From the NCBI GenBank assembly GCA_035606475.1, contig DATNFI010000133.1, positions 1-58,329 on the forward strand: a stretch of 58,329 nucleotides of DNA, in the 5' to 3' direction. This stretch comes from Mycobacterium sp. (GTDB taxonomy: Bacteria; Actinomycetota; Actinomycetes; Mycobacteriales; Mycobacteriaceae). Under the pieces are notes generated by a model. That model had not been told where the DNA came from and did not search any database. It worked only from the letters and a program-made list of their open reading frames with translations. A program made the translations under genes and the position numbers. Of this stretch, positions 39,996 to 50,932 are shown in pieces; positions within the stretch are counted from its first letter, which is position 1, and every line of letters begins with the position of its first letter.

Positions 39996-40733
39996 TCAGC
40001 TGCGCGGTTTCTCGGCTTCGATGCCGGCCTCGGCCAGCGCCTTGAGCATCAGTTCCGCGACCGCCCGGTGCGCCTCGAAGTTCCAGTGAATGCCGTCGGG
40101 ATTGCCGCGACCGTTCATCACCTCGTCGGCGACGGCGGCTTTCAGGTCGACCAGCGGAACATCGTGCTCGCTGGCCCACTGGGTGATCGCCGCAACGGTG
40201 CCAGGCCTACCGTGATGCGCCTTCCCGTATGCCTCGGCGATATGGACCGACGGCAGCGACGCGACGATCGGGATACCCGGTCGGTTGAAATCGATTGCGC
40301 CGCGCGTCTCTTCGAGATATTCGGCGCTCAGGTGCGGCGGCAGTGCGGCGCGCGACACCGGCGACAACCGCGGCTGCACCCAACCGTAGCCGTCTCTGAC
40401 CCAGCGCCGCAGCCACGACGGGCGCACATAGCGGATCAGCTCCCGCAGCGCCGTCGGCAACGGCGAGGGCAGCGAATCCATGCCACTGGTCGCAAAGATC
40501 ACCGCACCGGCCCGCGGCAGCGCCGCCCAGGCCCGCGGGTCCTGGGTGGCCGCCCACCACACGTCGCGGCACGTCCACCCGATGCGGCCGATCAGCTCTA
40601 GGTCCCAACCCAGTTGGGTAGCAACGATATTGGGCCAGATCCGCGGATCGTCGGACGGCAACCCGCCGGTCGGCCCGTAGTGGGCCAGTGAGTCGGCGAA
40701 GACCAGCACGGTCGGCCGCGGCTCAGAGGACAT
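39996..40733 (-). CDS. octT: Diglucosylglycerate octanoyltransferase (SGNH fold, Rv2418c-like)
   Basis: FADSL and DGIHW motifs; directly after gpgP; start [10 protein letters not shown]. Confidence 0.85.
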   Translation of the reverse strand: MSSEPRPTVLVFADSLAHYGPTGGLPSDDPRIWPNIVATQLGWDLELIGRIGWTCRDVWWAATQDPRAWAALPRAGAVIFATSGMDSLPSPLPTALRELIRYVRPSWLRRWVRDGYGWVQPRLSPVSRAALPPHLSAEYLEETRGAIDFNRPGIPIVASLPSVHIAEAYGKAHHGRPGTVAAITQWASEHDVPLVDLKAAVADEVMNGRGNPDGIHWNFEAHRAVAELMLKALAEAGIEAEKPRS

Positions 40734-41403
40734 CGCCCGCGACCTGTGCCGATGCGTTCCAGACGTCCAGCCGCCACCGAATCGCCTCGAAATCGTCTGC
40801 CGCAGCACCGGACTCGCTATGCCCGGATAGCTGCGTCCAGCTCGCATTGCCCATGCCGCCGAACGCCGGCCAGTTGCTCACCGGCAGCCGCAACAACGCC
40901 GCGGTCAGCGCGGCGATCAGGCCGCCGTGCGCGACCAGCACGACTGGCCGCGCCGACTCGTCGTGGGCCCCCCACTCGGGTTCACCGGCGACCAACTCGG
41001 CAACCAACGGCACGCTGCGATTGGCCACGTCGACCCGGTTCTCCCCGCCGTGTGGCGCCCACGTGGCGTCGTCGCGCCACGCCAACCGGGCCCCCGGAGC
41101 TCTCGTGTCGACCTCGGTGTGGGTCATGCCTTGCCAGTCGCCGAGATGGGTCTCCCGAAGGCGGTCGTCGACCCACAGCCGAAGGCCGGTGCGTTCCTGC
41201 AACGTGACCGCGGTGTCGTAGGCGCGTCGCAGATCCGAGGACACGATGAGCAATGGCTGATGCTTGGCGAGCGCTTCGGCGGCCGCCACCGCCTGCGCGC
41301 GGCCCAGATCGGTCAGCTCGGTGTCGAGTTGGCCCTGCATCCGGCTGCCGAAATTGAACGCGGTCTGGCCGTGCCGCAACATCACCAGCCGTCGCATGGT
41401 CAT
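40723..41403 (-). CDS. gpgP: Glucosyl-3-phosphoglycerate phosphatase
   Basis: [29 protein letters not shown]; synteny. Confidence 0.88.
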   Translation of the reverse strand: MTMRRLVMLRHGQTAFNFGSRMQGQLDTELTDLGRAQAVAAAEALAKHQPLLIVSSDLRRAYDTAVTLQERTGLRLWVDDRLRETHLGDWQGMTHTEVDTRAPGARLAWRDDATWAPHGGENRVDVANRSVPLVAELVAGEPEWGAHDESARPVVLVAHGGLIAALTAALLRLPVSNWPAFGGMGNASWTQLSGHSESGAAADDFEAIRWRLDVWNASAQVAGDVL

Positions 41404-41759
41404 GACACGTCCACCGCTACCACCGGGCAGTCCCGCCACAGCCGGTCGAGGGCATAGAAGTCGCGCTCGTCCTGGTGCTGAATGTGGACGACGATGTCGA
41501 CGTAGTCCAGCAGCGTCCAGCGGCCCTCGCGGGTGCCTTCGCGGCGGGCGGGCTTGTAGCCGGCGTCGCGCATCTTCTCCTCGACCTCGTCGACGATCGC
41601 GTTGACCTGTCGCTCGTTGGATGCCGACGCGATCACGAAACAGTCGGTGATGACCAATTGATCAGAGACGTCGATGACGACGACATCGTCGGCGAGCTTC
41701 GAGGCCGCCGCGCGCGCTGCGACCGCTGCCATGTCGACGGCCTCGGGCGCGGCGGTCAC
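41400..41759 (-). CDS. rsfS: Ribosome silencing factor
   Basis: [22 protein letters not shown]; GTG overlaps the nadD stop. Confidence 0.93.
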   Translation of the reverse strand: MTAAPEAVDMAAVAARAAASKLADDVVVIDVSDQLVITDCFVIASASNERQVNAIVDEVEEKMRDAGYKPARREGTREGRWTLLDYVDIVVHIQHQDERDFYALDRLWRDCPVVAVDVS

Positions 41760-42376
41760 GCGTCCTCCCCCGGTTTGCGGTAGAGATCCGTCTTGGAGAT
41801 GTATTGCACGACGCCGTCGGGCATCAGGTACCACAACGGGCGGCCATTCGCGGCGCGCAACCGGCAATCGGTGGAAGAGATTGCCAGAGCGGGGATTTCG
41901 ACGAGTGACAGGGCGTCCTCGGGCAGGCCCTCGAGCACTCCGGCGAGATGCTCGCTGCCGAGCTCGTAGCCGGGCCGGCTGACGCCGACGAACCGTGCCG
42001 CGGCGAACAGCTCGTCGAGGTCCTGCCAGGACAGGATGGAGGCCAGCGCGTCGGCGCCGGTGATGAAGAACAGTTCGGAGTCCGGGTTGAGCGCTTGCAG
42101 GTCGCGCAGGGTGTCCTTGGTGTAGGTCGGGCCGCCCCGGTCGATGTCGACCCGGCTGACCGAGAAGCGCGGGTTGGCCGCCGTGGCGATCACCGTCATC
42201 AGGTAGCGGTCTTCGCCGGCGCTGACCTCGCGGCCCTTCAGCCAGGGCTGGCCGGTCGGCACGAACACCACCTCGTCGAGATCGAAGAGATCAGCGACCT
42301 CGCTGGCCGCGACCAGGTGTCCGTTGTGGATGGGATCGAACGTCCCGCCCATCACTCCCAGCCGCCGCTTTTGCAC
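41756..42376 (-). CDS. nadD: Nicotinate-nucleotide adenylyltransferase
   Basis: [21 protein letters not shown]. Confidence 0.96.
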   Translation of the reverse strand: MQKRRLGVMGGTFDPIHNGHLVAASEVADLFDLDEVVFVPTGQPWLKGREVSAGEDRYLMTVIATAANPRFSVSRVDIDRGGPTYTKDTLRDLQALNPDSELFFITGADALASILSWQDLDELFAAARFVGVSRPGYELGSEHLAGVLEGLPEDALSLVEIPALAISSTDCRLRAANGRPLWYLMPDGVVQYISKTDLYRKPGEDA

Positions 42377-42464
42377 GGTTTGCCAGCTTACTTGAGCGTG
42401 CTGCTGCCGGCCCTCGATGCCACAGAGGCCACATCAGCACCCCGGCGTTGCGGGCCGGCTGCGG

Positions 42465-43475
42465 TCAGAAGTAGTTGGGGTCGAAGAGGTCTTGAATCGT
42501 CGCCAGGAGGGCGGTGATTCCCCCGCTGTCCACAAGCCCGTGCGAAAACGCGCTCAGCAATGCGGTGGTGTCGTTGATGATGGCGCCCGGGTCCGAACCG
42601 TCGGGAATGGTGATGGTCGTGGTCAGGCCGTCCGTGGTGGTGACGCCGCTGGCGATTTCCTCTGGGGTCAGCCCCAGGTACTCCACGTGGGTGGTGAAGA
42701 AGTGATAGAGGCCGTTGCCCAGGGCTTCCAGAGGGCTGCCCCCGTTATTGATCGTGGTGTCCCACACCTCTTGCCAGTCCGAGACCCCGTCGGTGTTGAT
42801 GTCGTAAATGGTCGTCGGATACAGGTCGTTGGGAGTGTCACCGGCCAGCAGGCCGCCGGGCGCGAATTGGTCCTCGTTGATGGCTTTGAGTAGGAAGTCG
42901 GTGATGTCTGTGCCGGTAGTGCCCCCGCCGAACAGCTGGACCAGGTCGGCGTAGATGTTGGTGGCTATCCCGTTCGCGTCGCTCGCGTCGCCGATGAACA
43001 CGAAATGCAGGTCGTCCTGCGGGATGGTGGCCGAGAGCACCTTCTCGGCCGCCGACGCCAGGATCGCGCTCTGCGAGTAGGCAAATATCGTCAGTGGGTG
43101 CTCGGCACTGATGGCTCCGGTGGCGTATTCGGCTTCCACCGCGGCGATCAGGTCCGCCTCGCCCTGCAGACTGCTCGGGCCGAACTCGAACACTTCCGGC
43201 GTCGTCAGCGCCTGCAACGGGGCGTCACACGGCACCGAGAACACCATGTCGCAGATCGACGCGGCATCGGCGAACCCCAGCGGCTTCAGGTACAGCGATT
43301 CCGCGGTTTCTACATAAGCCGTCGACGGCGACGGCATGCCGGTGCCGCCCAGAAAGATCGCGGTGGTGCTGCCCGACAACGGGTCGTCCGCGTCGGCGTA
43401 AGCAGGTACGGACAAGGCGATCGCCGCGCCGGCCAGCCCGAGGATCGGGGCCGTGACATATCGACGCTTCACCAT
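42465..43475 (-). CDS. Secreted acidic PE-PPE-domain serine hydrolase
   Basis: Signal peptide ending PAYA; FLGGTG.P.P, AYSQSA, FVFIGD, DGVSDW, HVEYLGLTPEEI. Confidence 0.8.
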   Translation of the reverse strand: MVKRRYVTAPILGLAGAAIALSVPAYADADDPLSGSTTAIFLGGTGMPSPSTAYVETAESLYLKPLGFADAASICDMVFSVPCDAPLQALTTPEVFEFGPSSLQGEADLIAAVEAEYATGAISAEHPLTIFAYSQSAILASAAEKVLSATIPQDDLHFVFIGDASDANGIATNIYADLVQLFGGGTTGTDITDFLLKAINEDQFAPGGLLAGDTPNDLYPTTIYDINTDGVSDWQEVWDTTINNGGSPLEALGNGLYHFFTTHVEYLGLTPEEIASGVTTTDGLTTTITIPDGSDPGAIINDTTALLSAFSHGLVDSGGITALLATIQDLFDPNYF

Positions 43476-43589
43476 GACGAACCTCAATTCTTTTCCGCGA
43501 GTTGCACATAACGCACCTAAGCCCTACCTGATGCGCAGCTAAGAGTAGCGTCAGTTCGGCCTGTGCAACTGAGGAAATTCGCGTCGACC

Positions 43590-45032
43590 CTAGATCGGCA
43601 GCAGCTGGTCGATCACCGAAGCCAGCTGCTTGGCGGAGCGGCATTCGTGCATGGTGATCACCTCTTGGTAACGCACCACCGCGGAGTCGCCGCTGTTCCA
43701 CAGGTGCTTGGGTTCCGGGTTGAGCCAGTGCGCGTGCCGGCTGGCGCTCACCAGGTGCGCCAGGACGTTGGTGGCCGGGTCGCGGTAGTTGGTGCGGCCG
43801 TCGCCCAATACCAGCAACGAGCTACGGGGCGATAGCACGTTGTGGAACTGCTCGGTGAACGAGATGAACGCATTGCCGTAGTCGCTGTGCCCGTCGCGGG
43901 TATAGACGCCGGCCTCGCGGGTGATCCGCTGGATCGCCACGGCGAGGTCGGCGTCGGGGCCGAACATGTGGGTGACCTCGTCGGTGGTGTCGATGAAGGC
44001 GAACACCCGGACGCGGGAGAACTGCTGCCGCAGCGCGTGCACCAGCAGCAGGGTGAAATGGCTGAACCCGGCGACCGAGCCGGACACGTCGCACAGCACC
44101 ACCAGCTCGGGCCGGGCCGGGCGCGGCTTGCGCAGGACCAGGTCGATCGGCACGCCGCCGGTGGACATCGACTTGCGCAACGTTTTACGCAGATCGATCG
44201 CGCCGGCACGGGCCCGCCGGCGGCGGGCGGCCAGCCGGGTCGCGAGCGTGCGGGCCAGCGGTTGCACGACCTTGCGCATGGCGCGCAGCTGATCACCCGA
44301 AGCGCGCAGGAATTCGACGTTCTCGGACAGCTGCGGGATGCCGTACATCTGGACGTGGTCGCGGCCGAGTTGCTCGGCGGTGCGGCGCTTGGTTTCCGCG
44401 TCGACCATCTTCCGGAGCTGGGTGATGCGCTGCGCGGCAAGCGCTTTGGCGATCTCTTCCTGGGTCGGGGTGGGCTCGTCGCCGTAGGGGGCGAGCAGGC
44501 CGGCCAGCAGTTTGCCCTCCAGCTCGTCGAGCGCCATCGACTTGAGCGCCTGATACGACGAGTATGACGGCCCGCGGCTGGAGTTGTATTTGCCGTACGC
44601 GTCGACGATTTGGGCGATCATCGCGACCAGTCGATCGTCCATGTCGGCGAGGTCGGGGTTCTCGGTGAGCAAATCGAGCAGCATCTGACGCATCGCCTCG
44701 ACGTCGTCGGGCGGTAACTGAACGTCGGGGTCGATCGCGTCCTCTTCGCTGACTGCCGCGCGGGCGCCCAGTGCGGCGGGCCACCACAGGTCGAACATCG
44801 CGTCGTAGGTTTCGCGGTGCTCGGGCCGTCGCAGCACCGCGCACGCCAGACCCGCCCGCAGGATCTCGCGGTCGCCGAGGCCGAGGACTCCCATCACCCG
44901 GCCGGCATCCACGGTTTCCGACGGGCCGACCGAAATACCTTGTGCGCGCAGCGCTTCGACGAACCCGACCAGATGGCCAGGAATGCCATGCGGGGCCAGC
45001 GGCTGGCTGGGGCGAACGCGGCGGACGGCCAT
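43590..45032 (-). CDS. VWA-domain (CoxE-like) protein (Rv2425c-like)
   Basis: CDVSGS MIDAS motif, LGDGRTNY, WLNPEP; start MAVRRVRP. Confidence 0.9.
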   Translation of the reverse strand: MAVRRVRPSQPLAPHGIPGHLVGFVEALRAQGISVGPSETVDAGRVMGVLGLGDREILRAGLACAVLRRPEHRETYDAMFDLWWPAALGARAAVSEEDAIDPDVQLPPDDVEAMRQMLLDLLTENPDLADMDDRLVAMIAQIVDAYGKYNSSRGPSYSSYQALKSMALDELEGKLLAGLLAPYGDEPTPTQEEIAKALAAQRITQLRKMVDAETKRRTAEQLGRDHVQMYGIPQLSENVEFLRASGDQLRAMRKVVQPLARTLATRLAARRRRARAGAIDLRKTLRKSMSTGGVPIDLVLRKPRPARPELVVLCDVSGSVAGFSHFTLLLVHALRQQFSRVRVFAFIDTTDEVTHMFGPDADLAVAIQRITREAGVYTRDGHSDYGNAFISFTEQFHNVLSPRSSLLVLGDGRTNYRDPATNVLAHLVSASRHAHWLNPEPKHLWNSGDSAVVRYQEVITMHECRSAKQLASVIDQLLPI

Positions 45033-45043
45033 CAGGTCTTCTC

Positions 45044-45919
45044 TCAGTTGAGCCGTAGCTCGGAGGTGGCGCGATTTTGATCGGACTGATGCTTGAGCAC
45101 AACACCCATGGTCGCGGCGATGGTGGCGTCGTCGATGGTGTCCAGGCCCAGGGCCAGCACCGTGCGTCCCCAGTCGATGGTCTCGGCCACCGACGGCAGC
45201 TTCTTGAGTTGCATTCCTCGCAGCACGCCAATGATGCGGACCAGTTCTTCGGCGATGTGCGCGGGCAGTTCCGGCACGCGGGACAACAGGATTCGGCGTT
45301 CCAGTTCCGGCGTTGGGAAGTCGATGTGCAGGAACAAGCAACGACGCTTGAGCGCCTCGGACAGTTCGCGGGTGGCGTTGGAGGTCAGCAGGACGAACGG
45401 CTGACGTTCAGCGGTGATGGTGCCCAATTCGGGTACCGTCACGGCGAAGTCGGACAGCACTTCCAGTAGCAGGCCCTCGATTTCGATGTCGGCCTTGTCG
45501 GTTTCGTCGATCAGCAGCACGGTCGGTTCGGTGCGCCGGATCGCGGTGAGCAGCGGACGCGAGAGCAGGAACTCCTCGGTGAAGACGTCGGTCTTGGTCT
45601 GGTCCCAATCGTCGGAGCCGGCTTGAATTCGCAGGATCTGCTTCGCGTGGTTCCACTCGTAGAGCGCGCGGGCCTCGTCGACACCTTCGTAGCACTGCAG
45701 ACGGACCAGCCCGGACCCGGTGGCCTGTGCGACAGCGCGGGCGAGTTCGGTCTTGCCGACGCCGGCCGGACCTTCCACCAGCAGCGGCTTGCCGAGCCGG
45801 TCGGCGAGGAAAACGGCTGTCGCAGTGGCGGTGTCGGGCAGGTAGCCGGTTTCGGCGAGCCGACGGCCGACGTCGTCGATGTCGGCGAACAGCGGTGCGG
45901 GCCGCGCGGGCACACTCAC
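45044..45919 (-). CDS. MoxR/CoxD-family AAA+ ATPase (Rv2426c-like)
   Basis: GPAGVGKT Walker A, LLIDE Walker B, EALKRRC. Confidence 0.93.
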   Translation of the reverse strand: MSVPARPAPLFADIDDVGRRLAETGYLPDTATATAVFLADRLGKPLLVEGPAGVGKTELARAVAQATGSGLVRLQCYEGVDEARALYEWNHAKQILRIQAGSDDWDQTKTDVFTEEFLLSRPLLTAIRRTEPTVLLIDETDKADIEIEGLLLEVLSDFAVTVPELGTITAERQPFVLLTSNATRELSEALKRRCLFLHIDFPTPELERRILLSRVPELPAHIAEELVRIIGVLRGMQLKKLPSVAETIDWGRTVLALGLDTIDDATIAATMGVVLKHQSDQNRATSELRLN

Positions 45920-45941
45920 GTGGTTATTCTCCTCAGCTATG

Positions 45942-47189
45942 TCAGACCGGGCGGGTCTGGCCGTCTCCCCAGCCGATCCACTTGGTCGAGGTCAGTTCCG
46001 CGAGCCCCATCGGGCCGCGGGCGTGCAGCTTCTGCGTCGAGATGCCGATCTCGGCGCCGAATCCGAACTGCTCGCCGTCGGTGAAGCTCGTCGAGGCGTT
46101 CACCATCACCGCGGCCGCATCGACACCCTCGGTAAAGCGTTGTGCGGCAGCCATGTTCGACGTCACAATCGCTTCGGTGTGCCCGGTGCCGTATTCGTTG
46201 ATATGGCCGATGGCGGCATCGACTCCGTCGACGACCGCGACGGCGATCTCCATCTCCAGGTATTCGCGACGCAGGTGGTCGTCGTCGGGGTTGAGGTGCA
46301 CGGTTACGCCGGCATCCTGCAACGCGTTGATCAGTCGCGGCATGGCCTGGTCGGCGATCGCCGTGTCGACCAGAAGCGTCTCGGCGGCGTTGCACACGCT
46401 GGGTCGACGGGTCTTGGAGTTCAACAGGATTCGCTCGGCCATGTCGAGGTCGGCGGCATCGTGCACGTAGACGTGGCAGTTGCCGACGCCCGTCTCGATG
46501 GTCGGCACCTGCGAGTCGCGGACCACCGCGTCGATCAGGCCGGCTCCCCCGCGCGGGATCACCACGTCGACCAGTCCGCGGGCCTGGATCAGATGCGTCA
46601 CCGACGAGCGGTCGGCCGACGGGATCAGTTGTACGGCGTCGACGGGCAGGTCCTCGCCGTGCAACGCCTCGCGCAGCACCGCGACCAGCGCCTCGTTGGA
46701 GTGCACGGCGGACGCGCTACCGCGCAGCAGGGCGGCGTTGCCGGATTTGAGCGTCAGGCCGAACGCGTCGACAGTGACGTTGGGCCTGCCTTCGTAGACG
46801 ATCCCGACCACGCCGAGCGGGACACGCTGCTGGCGCAGGGCCAACCCGTTGGGCAGGGTGTAGCCGCGCAGGACCTCGCCGACCGGGTCGGGCAGGCCCG
46901 CCACCTGACGTAGTCCCGCGGCGATCCCCTCCACCCGCTTGCGGTCCAGCGCCAGCCGGTCGAGCATGGCGGTCGGCGTGTCGACGGCGCGGGCTGCGCG
47001 CAGGTCCTCGGCGTTGGCCGCCAGGATCCGATCGGTATTGGCCACCACCGCATCGGCGGCGACGTGCAGTGCTTGATCCTTGGCGACCGTCGGCAGTGCG
47101 GCCAGAATGCGAGCCGCCACCCGGGCCCGGCGCGCCGCGTCATGCACCTGCTGGCGCACGCCGGTCGCCGCGAAGGCATGGACACTCAT
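45942..47189 (-). CDS. proA: Gamma-glutamyl phosphate reductase
   Basis: [33 protein letters not shown]. Confidence 0.97.
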   Translation of the reverse strand: MSVHAFAATGVRQQVHDAARRARVAARILAALPTVAKDQALHVAADAVVANTDRILAANAEDLRAARAVDTPTAMLDRLALDRKRVEGIAAGLRQVAGLPDPVGEVLRGYTLPNGLALRQQRVPLGVVGIVYEGRPNVTVDAFGLTLKSGNAALLRGSASAVHSNEALVAVLREALHGEDLPVDAVQLIPSADRSSVTHLIQARGLVDVVIPRGGAGLIDAVVRDSQVPTIETGVGNCHVYVHDAADLDMAERILLNSKTRRPSVCNAAETLLVDTAIADQAMPRLINALQDAGVTVHLNPDDDHLRREYLEMEIAVAVVDGVDAAIGHINEYGTGHTEAIVTSNMAAAQRFTEGVDAAAVMVNASTSFTDGEQFGFGAEIGISTQKLHARGPMGLAELTSTKWIGWGDGQTRPV

Positions 47190-47210
47190 TAACCCAGGGT
47201 AGCGGGCTTT

Positions 47211-48614
47211 CTACCGGCGGGTAGAGACGGCCCCAACCGACGACGATTCACTGCGACGGTCTTCGATGATCCGGCCCAATTCCTGCAGTAGCAGCGGCGT
47301 CCGGAGCACGAGATCTTCGATGTGCTCGCGATCGATCTCCAGTGCCGTCACTTCCTCGAGTGCGTACGCGCCGGCCAGGCTCGGCTGTCGGGTCAGCGAG
47401 CTCAGTCCGAGGAACGAGCCCTCCTCCAGCAGGCTCAGCGGAACCACCGACCCGTCGTCGTTCATCGTGGTCCGGCGGATGCTGCCCTTGATCAAAAACG
47501 TCATGGCCGTGGGTACTTCGCCGGCGTACTGCACGATTTCGTCGGCGCCGTAGCGAACCATCCTCGCGTGCGAGATCAGCGATTGCTGGTCGGTGAGGCT
47601 CAGCCGCAATGCGGGCGCCACCACGTCTCGCATTGCCACCTGGACCCGCGCCGGCGTGGAGAAGTCGTCGCTGACATCGTCGAGGTGCAGCCCTTCGCGC
47701 CGCGCCGCGTACCAGATCCACCGCAGGAACGTCGCTTTCGCGGCGCCGTCGTCGGCGGGCGACTTCAGCGCGACGCTGACCTCGTACTCACCGGAGCCAG
47801 TCACCGTCGACGTCGGTACGACATCGGTTTTGCGTTGCGGCAATGCGCTTGCGACCCGCACCAGCACAAGGCGCACGAGGTCAGGCGGGTCGGCGAGTGA
47901 GAACGTGGTGCTGATCGACAGCTTGTGAGCGCCCGGCGGGCGACTCATGTTGGTGAACGAGGTGGCGGCCAGCACCGAGTTCGGTGTGATCTGCAACCCG
48001 TCGCCGGTTTGAATGTGGACCGCGCGCCAGTTCGCTTCCACGATGCGTCCGCGGGCGGTCGGGGTGTCCAGCCAGTCTCCGATCCGGAACGGCTGCTCGA
48101 ACAACATGAACAGCCCGGAGACGATCTGGCCGACGGAGTTCTGCAGCATCAGGCCGATGACCACCGACGTCACGCCGAGGGCGGTGAACAGGCCGCCGAC
48201 GCGGACCCCCCAGACGTAGGACAAGATCAGCGCGAGACCGATCGCGATCAGCAAAAACCTTGTGACATCGCGGAATATGGCCGGAACCCGTTTACGCCAG
48301 GAGCTCTCCGGAGCCCCTTCGAACACGGTGGCGTTGAGCCCCGACAGCACCAGCAGCAGCACCACGAAGCCCAAGACCGTCGCCAACACCCGCACCGAGT
48401 CGAAGTGCGCGGGCACCCGCGCCACCTCGACCAGCAGCACGAGCAACGCCGCCAGTGGCACCAGATAGCTCCGCAGCAAGTTGACCGGCCGTGCCAGCGC
48501 ACTCTGTCGGCGCGCCAGGAAGTGGTGCCATTCGGTAAGACTGATCAAGAGCAGCGGCAGGCCGATGGCCAGCCCGATGGCCCAGTACAACCACACCGGA
48601 TCGACGACGGTCAT
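47211..48614 (-). CDS. MscS-family channel with C-terminal cNMP-binding-like domain (Rv2434c-like)
   Basis: EQPFRIGDWL, GRIVEANWRAV, ITPNSVLA; C-terminal Crp-like fold. Confidence 0.87.
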   Translation of the reverse strand: MTVVDPVWLYWAIGLAIGLPLLLISLTEWHHFLARRQSALARPVNLLRSYLVPLAALLVLLVEVARVPAHFDSVRVLATVLGFVVLLLVLSGLNATVFEGAPESSWRKRVPAIFRDVTRFLLIAIGLALILSYVWGVRVGGLFTALGVTSVVIGLMLQNSVGQIVSGLFMLFEQPFRIGDWLDTPTARGRIVEANWRAVHIQTGDGLQITPNSVLAATSFTNMSRPPGAHKLSISTTFSLADPPDLVRLVLVRVASALPQRKTDVVPTSTVTGSGEYEVSVALKSPADDGAAKATFLRWIWYAARREGLHLDDVSDDFSTPARVQVAMRDVVAPALRLSLTDQQSLISHARMVRYGADEIVQYAGEVPTAMTFLIKGSIRRTTMNDDGSVVPLSLLEEGSFLGLSSLTRQPSLAGAYALEEVTALEIDREHIEDLVLRTPLLLQELGRIIEDRRSESSSVGAVSTRR

Positions 48615-50806
48615 TTGCGGTCCGTCAAGCGCCAGATCGGCTGTTCGGCTCCGTCGACCGTGACGGTTCCGGCGGCCGTGAATTGACGAATATCGCGCAT
48701 CACCTCATAAACGTCGGTAGTGACAAAAACCCCGGACTCGGTTGCACCGCTGCGCATTTGGTGAGCCAGATTCACCGCGGCACCCCACATGTCGTAGATG
48801 ACGCTGGATCTGCCGACCAACCCGCTGACCACGTTGCCGGTGTTGACGCCGGCCCGGATGCTCAGGTGGTAGCCCTTTCCGCTGTTGAACCGCTCGATGA
48901 TGCGCTGCATCTCGACCGCGAAGTCGATGGTCCGGGGTACGCTGTCCAGCCGCGGAACGTTCAACCCGCAACTGGCGAGATAGCCATTGTGCACAGTGCG
49001 AATTGGTTCCACGCCAAGGGTTTCGGCCGTCGAGTCGAGCTCGCGCACCAGTTCGTCGATGACCCCGACCAATTCGTCGCCGGACAGCCCAATGGAGATC
49101 TCGTCGAGACCGATGATGTCGGCGAAGATCACGGTCACGTCCCGGTGCTCTTGTGCGATGAGCTGCTCACCGTCGCGGTAGCGCTGCGCGACCGATTCGG
49201 GCATCAGCGAAAGCAGCAGTCTGTCGTTCTCGTTGCGCTGCGCGACGAGCAGCCCTTCCTTGATCTCCAGATTCCGGCTCATCTCGTTGAAAGCGGCCGT
49301 GAGGTCGCCGATTTCGTCGTGCGTGGTGACCGGTATCGCGATGTCGTAATGCCCGGCGCTGATCTCTTCCGCGCCGGCTCGCAGGCGCCGGATGGGTCCG
49401 ACGAACCGTTGGGCGATCAGCATGGCGAGCACACAGAGCACGAACACCAGCACCGCGGCCGTCACCACCAGCGTGCGGGCGAAAGCCTCTATCCGTGCGA
49501 AGGCTTCTTCGCTGTCCCGAGTGGCCAGAATCGACCAGCGCAGATCGGAATTCGGGATAGCCACCGGCGCATAGGCCGCAAGTTCGCGGTCGCCCAGATA
49601 GCCGGTATCCATGACCGTTCCGCTCTGCCCGCGCTGGGCGGCGCGAAATGCTTGGGTCTGGACGGGCTGTACCAAAGTTGTTCCGTGCCAACGAAGTGCC
49701 GTCGCGACGATGTCGGCTGGAGTCCCGGCCGCCACCGCGTCACGCTGGTATTTCTCGGGGTCCTGCAGGAACAGCCGCGAATCCGACCGCATCAGCCCGT
49801 CCGGACCGGCCAAGTACGTCTCGGCGGTCGCTCCCATTCCGGCGGCCTTCCAGTGCTGGTCGGCTGTCATGATGCGGTTGACTTTCGAGATCGGCAGTGG
49901 GAGCGCCATCACCCCGTCCGTTTTGCCCGGCGCGCCTACCGGCGACACCAACCACGCGATGGGCATCCCGCCGGATGCCTGGAACGGCTGAAAATCCGTG
50001 ATCCAGACAAAGTCGACCGAGTCTGCGGCCATTGCCTTTTCGTAGGCGCCACGCAGATTGGAGGACCGGAACGGTCCGGTGAGGATATTGGTGCCCAGCG
50101 CCGGGCCCTTACGCGCGTTGTAGACGATGTTGCCGCGGGTGTCGAGCAGCATCGCGTCGCGATATTCGAACCGGGTCGCGATCTCGTGAAAGTAGTTGTT
50201 GAAGCGGGCATTCGCTGCCGACCATGCGCTGCCGTCGCCGGCGTCTTCGGGCGGGCCCCCCTTGCCCGCGGACGGAAGCGTGTAGTGCACTTGGAGGTAT
50301 CGCTGGGCGTTGCTACTGGGCAGCAATGCGGCCATATCCAGCTTCTGCCCGGTCGTCTGCTGGATCGGCGTGATCACTTTGTCGGTGTAGTACTTCTCCA
50401 GCGCCTGCTGTTGCCCGGGATCAATCGGCGCATCGGCCAATTGGTCGAATCCTGCGGCGAATGCCTGCACAGCGTCGTCGGCGGTATACCCGCGACTGTA
50501 AATCGCCAGCGAATTCGACAAATCGGTGAAAAGCATTTCGATCGCCCGCTTCTGCCCCTCCCGCAACTGCGTCATGCGTTCGGCTGAGATGGGCATCAGA
50601 GAGCGACGACCGGAGACGTATCCGACGACACCGATGACAGCCAGCGTTGCCAAGCTGGAGACCAGCAGCATCACCATGAGTTTCGACTGAATGCTCAATC
50701 TGGACAGCCACCGAAGGTGCTGGCGCCTGCCTACCGAGAACCAGACCGGTTGCTCGTCCGCTGCCGGATCACGTGAGCCTTGCGGCGTCAATCGACGTCC
50801 TTTCAC
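48611..50806 (-). CDS. Membrane sensor with HAMP and degenerate class III cyclase domain (Rv2435c-like)
   Basis: TM-extracellular-TM, HDEIGDLTAAFNEM HAMP, IFADIIG, IRAGVNTG, YDMWGAAVN. Confidence 0.9.
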   Translation of the reverse strand: MKGRRLTPQGSRDPAADEQPVWFSVGRRQHLRWLSRLSIQSKLMVMLLVSSLATLAVIGVVGYVSGRRSLMPISAERMTQLREGQKRAIEMLFTDLSNSLAIYSRGYTADDAVQAFAAGFDQLADAPIDPGQQQALEKYYTDKVITPIQQTTGQKLDMAALLPSSNAQRYLQVHYTLPSAGKGGPPEDAGDGSAWSAANARFNNYFHEIATRFEYRDAMLLDTRGNIVYNARKGPALGTNILTGPFRSSNLRGAYEKAMAADSVDFVWITDFQPFQASGGMPIAWLVSPVGAPGKTDGVMALPLPISKVNRIMTADQHWKAAGMGATAETYLAGPDGLMRSDSRLFLQDPEKYQRDAVAAGTPADIVATALRWHGTTLVQPVQTQAFRAAQRGQSGTVMDTGYLGDRELAAYAPVAIPNSDLRWSILATRDSEEAFARIEAFARTLVVTAAVLVFVLCVLAMLIAQRFVGPIRRLRAGAEEISAGHYDIAIPVTTHDEIGDLTAAFNEMSRNLEIKEGLLVAQRNENDRLLLSLMPESVAQRYRDGEQLIAQEHRDVTVIFADIIGLDEISIGLSGDELVGVIDELVRELDSTAETLGVEPIRTVHNGYLASCGLNVPRLDSVPRTIDFAVEMQRIIERFNSGKGYHLSIRAGVNTGNVVSGLVGRSSVIYDMWGAAVNLAHQMRSGATESGVFVTTDVYEVMRDIRQFTAAGTVTVDGAEQPIWRLTDRK

Positions 50807-50932
50807 TGCCGGGCCGATAAACCCAGATCACGCAGCAGAATATCGTCTCGCGAGGGGCGAAATGAGATTTGCCCGAAACCGTTATCAACACGACGTTTGT
50901 ACATCCGGGCACTTCTCCATAACCTCGGCGCA

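Noticed and set aside
42405-42459. GCCGGCCC/GGGCCGGC inverted repeat after the PE-PPE gene as a terminator
   Set aside because: Long loop, no U-tract, all-GC arms likely to arise by chance
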